Origin: Phallusia mammillata
Taxonomy: Eukaryota
Direction of reading: 5' to 3'
Length of the DNA: 64,000 nucleotides
Assembly (NCBI GenBank): GCA_965637545.1
Contig: OZ281494.1
Span: 34,224,001-34,288,000, forward strand
The notes under the pieces were generated by a model. It was not told the DNA's origin. It saw only the letters and a list, made by a program, of their open reading frames with translations, and did not search any database. A program made the translations under genes and the position numbers. Shown in pieces: positions 63,527 through 64,000 of the stretch (position 1 is the first letter of the stretch; each line of letters starts with the position of its first letter).

Positions 63527-63900
63527 CTTGTTTTATTGAGACTGTGGTGCATTGGAAGGCAAAGTTATGCCTCTATTACTGCGTTATGGTATTCAGTGCG
63601 TAAATGTTTATGGTGCATTTGGAAGCAATACGACGATCGTGGGAAAATACAGGCGAACATGATACAGCGTTATCAGCGTTGTACAGGAAAATTATGTGGT
63701 AATGGTTTCATAAATAGTTATATTTCAAAACTTACAATGGCTCTACATTAAAGTTTCTTGCATAATTGTGGGTGGAAATTTGTTCTTATATATTTAAGCC
63801 TGATTCTACAGATACTTAACAAAGTAAAAAATCCGATCAGAATTTTTGTGCTGATTACCACATTGATTTAAAGCCAACTATGTAGGCTAATAATAATAAT

Positions 63901-64000
63901 ACGTAGAGAAGGCGTCGGTTGCCATGGAAACGCTGGTGGATGAGGTGGCGGATAGGATCCGGAGCGAGGTGGACAAAGTGAACTCACAAGCCGAAGTGAA
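63901..64000 (+). pseudogene. SCLT1: Partial duplicate of SCLT1 starting within exon 9 (runs off the window edge)
   Basis: 63901-64000 is identical to 60270-60369 at 99 of 100 nt (A60359 vs G63990). It starts mid-exon, without a splice acceptor, directly after an (AAT)4 tract. Functional status unknown. Confidence 0.8.

Overview
AT-rich, intron-containing animal genomic DNA with compact GT-AG introns. It is probably an invertebrate chordate such as an ascidian; that is an inference. The ORF track is mostly noise because real exons are short, so I built gene models by hand from splice sites, frame continuity and recalled homologue sequences, with no database search. Left to right: (1) the 5' end of a beta-spectrin gene on the minus strand, whose body lies left of the window, with two mutually exclusive N-termini and further candidate 5' exons; (2) TENT4/PAPD5-7 non-canonical poly(A) polymerase (+, 16-17 exons); (3) a 26-unit 32-bp minisatellite; (4) a non-RD RIPK-like kinase fused to a TPR-like helical domain (+, 5 exons), ringed by hAT MITEs; (5) CCP110 (-, 18 exons), head-to-head with (6) SCLT1 (+, 15 exons). 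This SCLT1 copy has an in-frame TAA in exon 10, and a near-identical partial duplicate starting in exon 9 begins at the right edge. Introns and intergenic DNA hold many non-autonomous DNA transposons (hAT, Tc1/pogo-like, Mutator/foldback, Helentron-like) and tRNA-derived SINE fragments. No CRISPR array, rRNA or intact tRNA gene was found.
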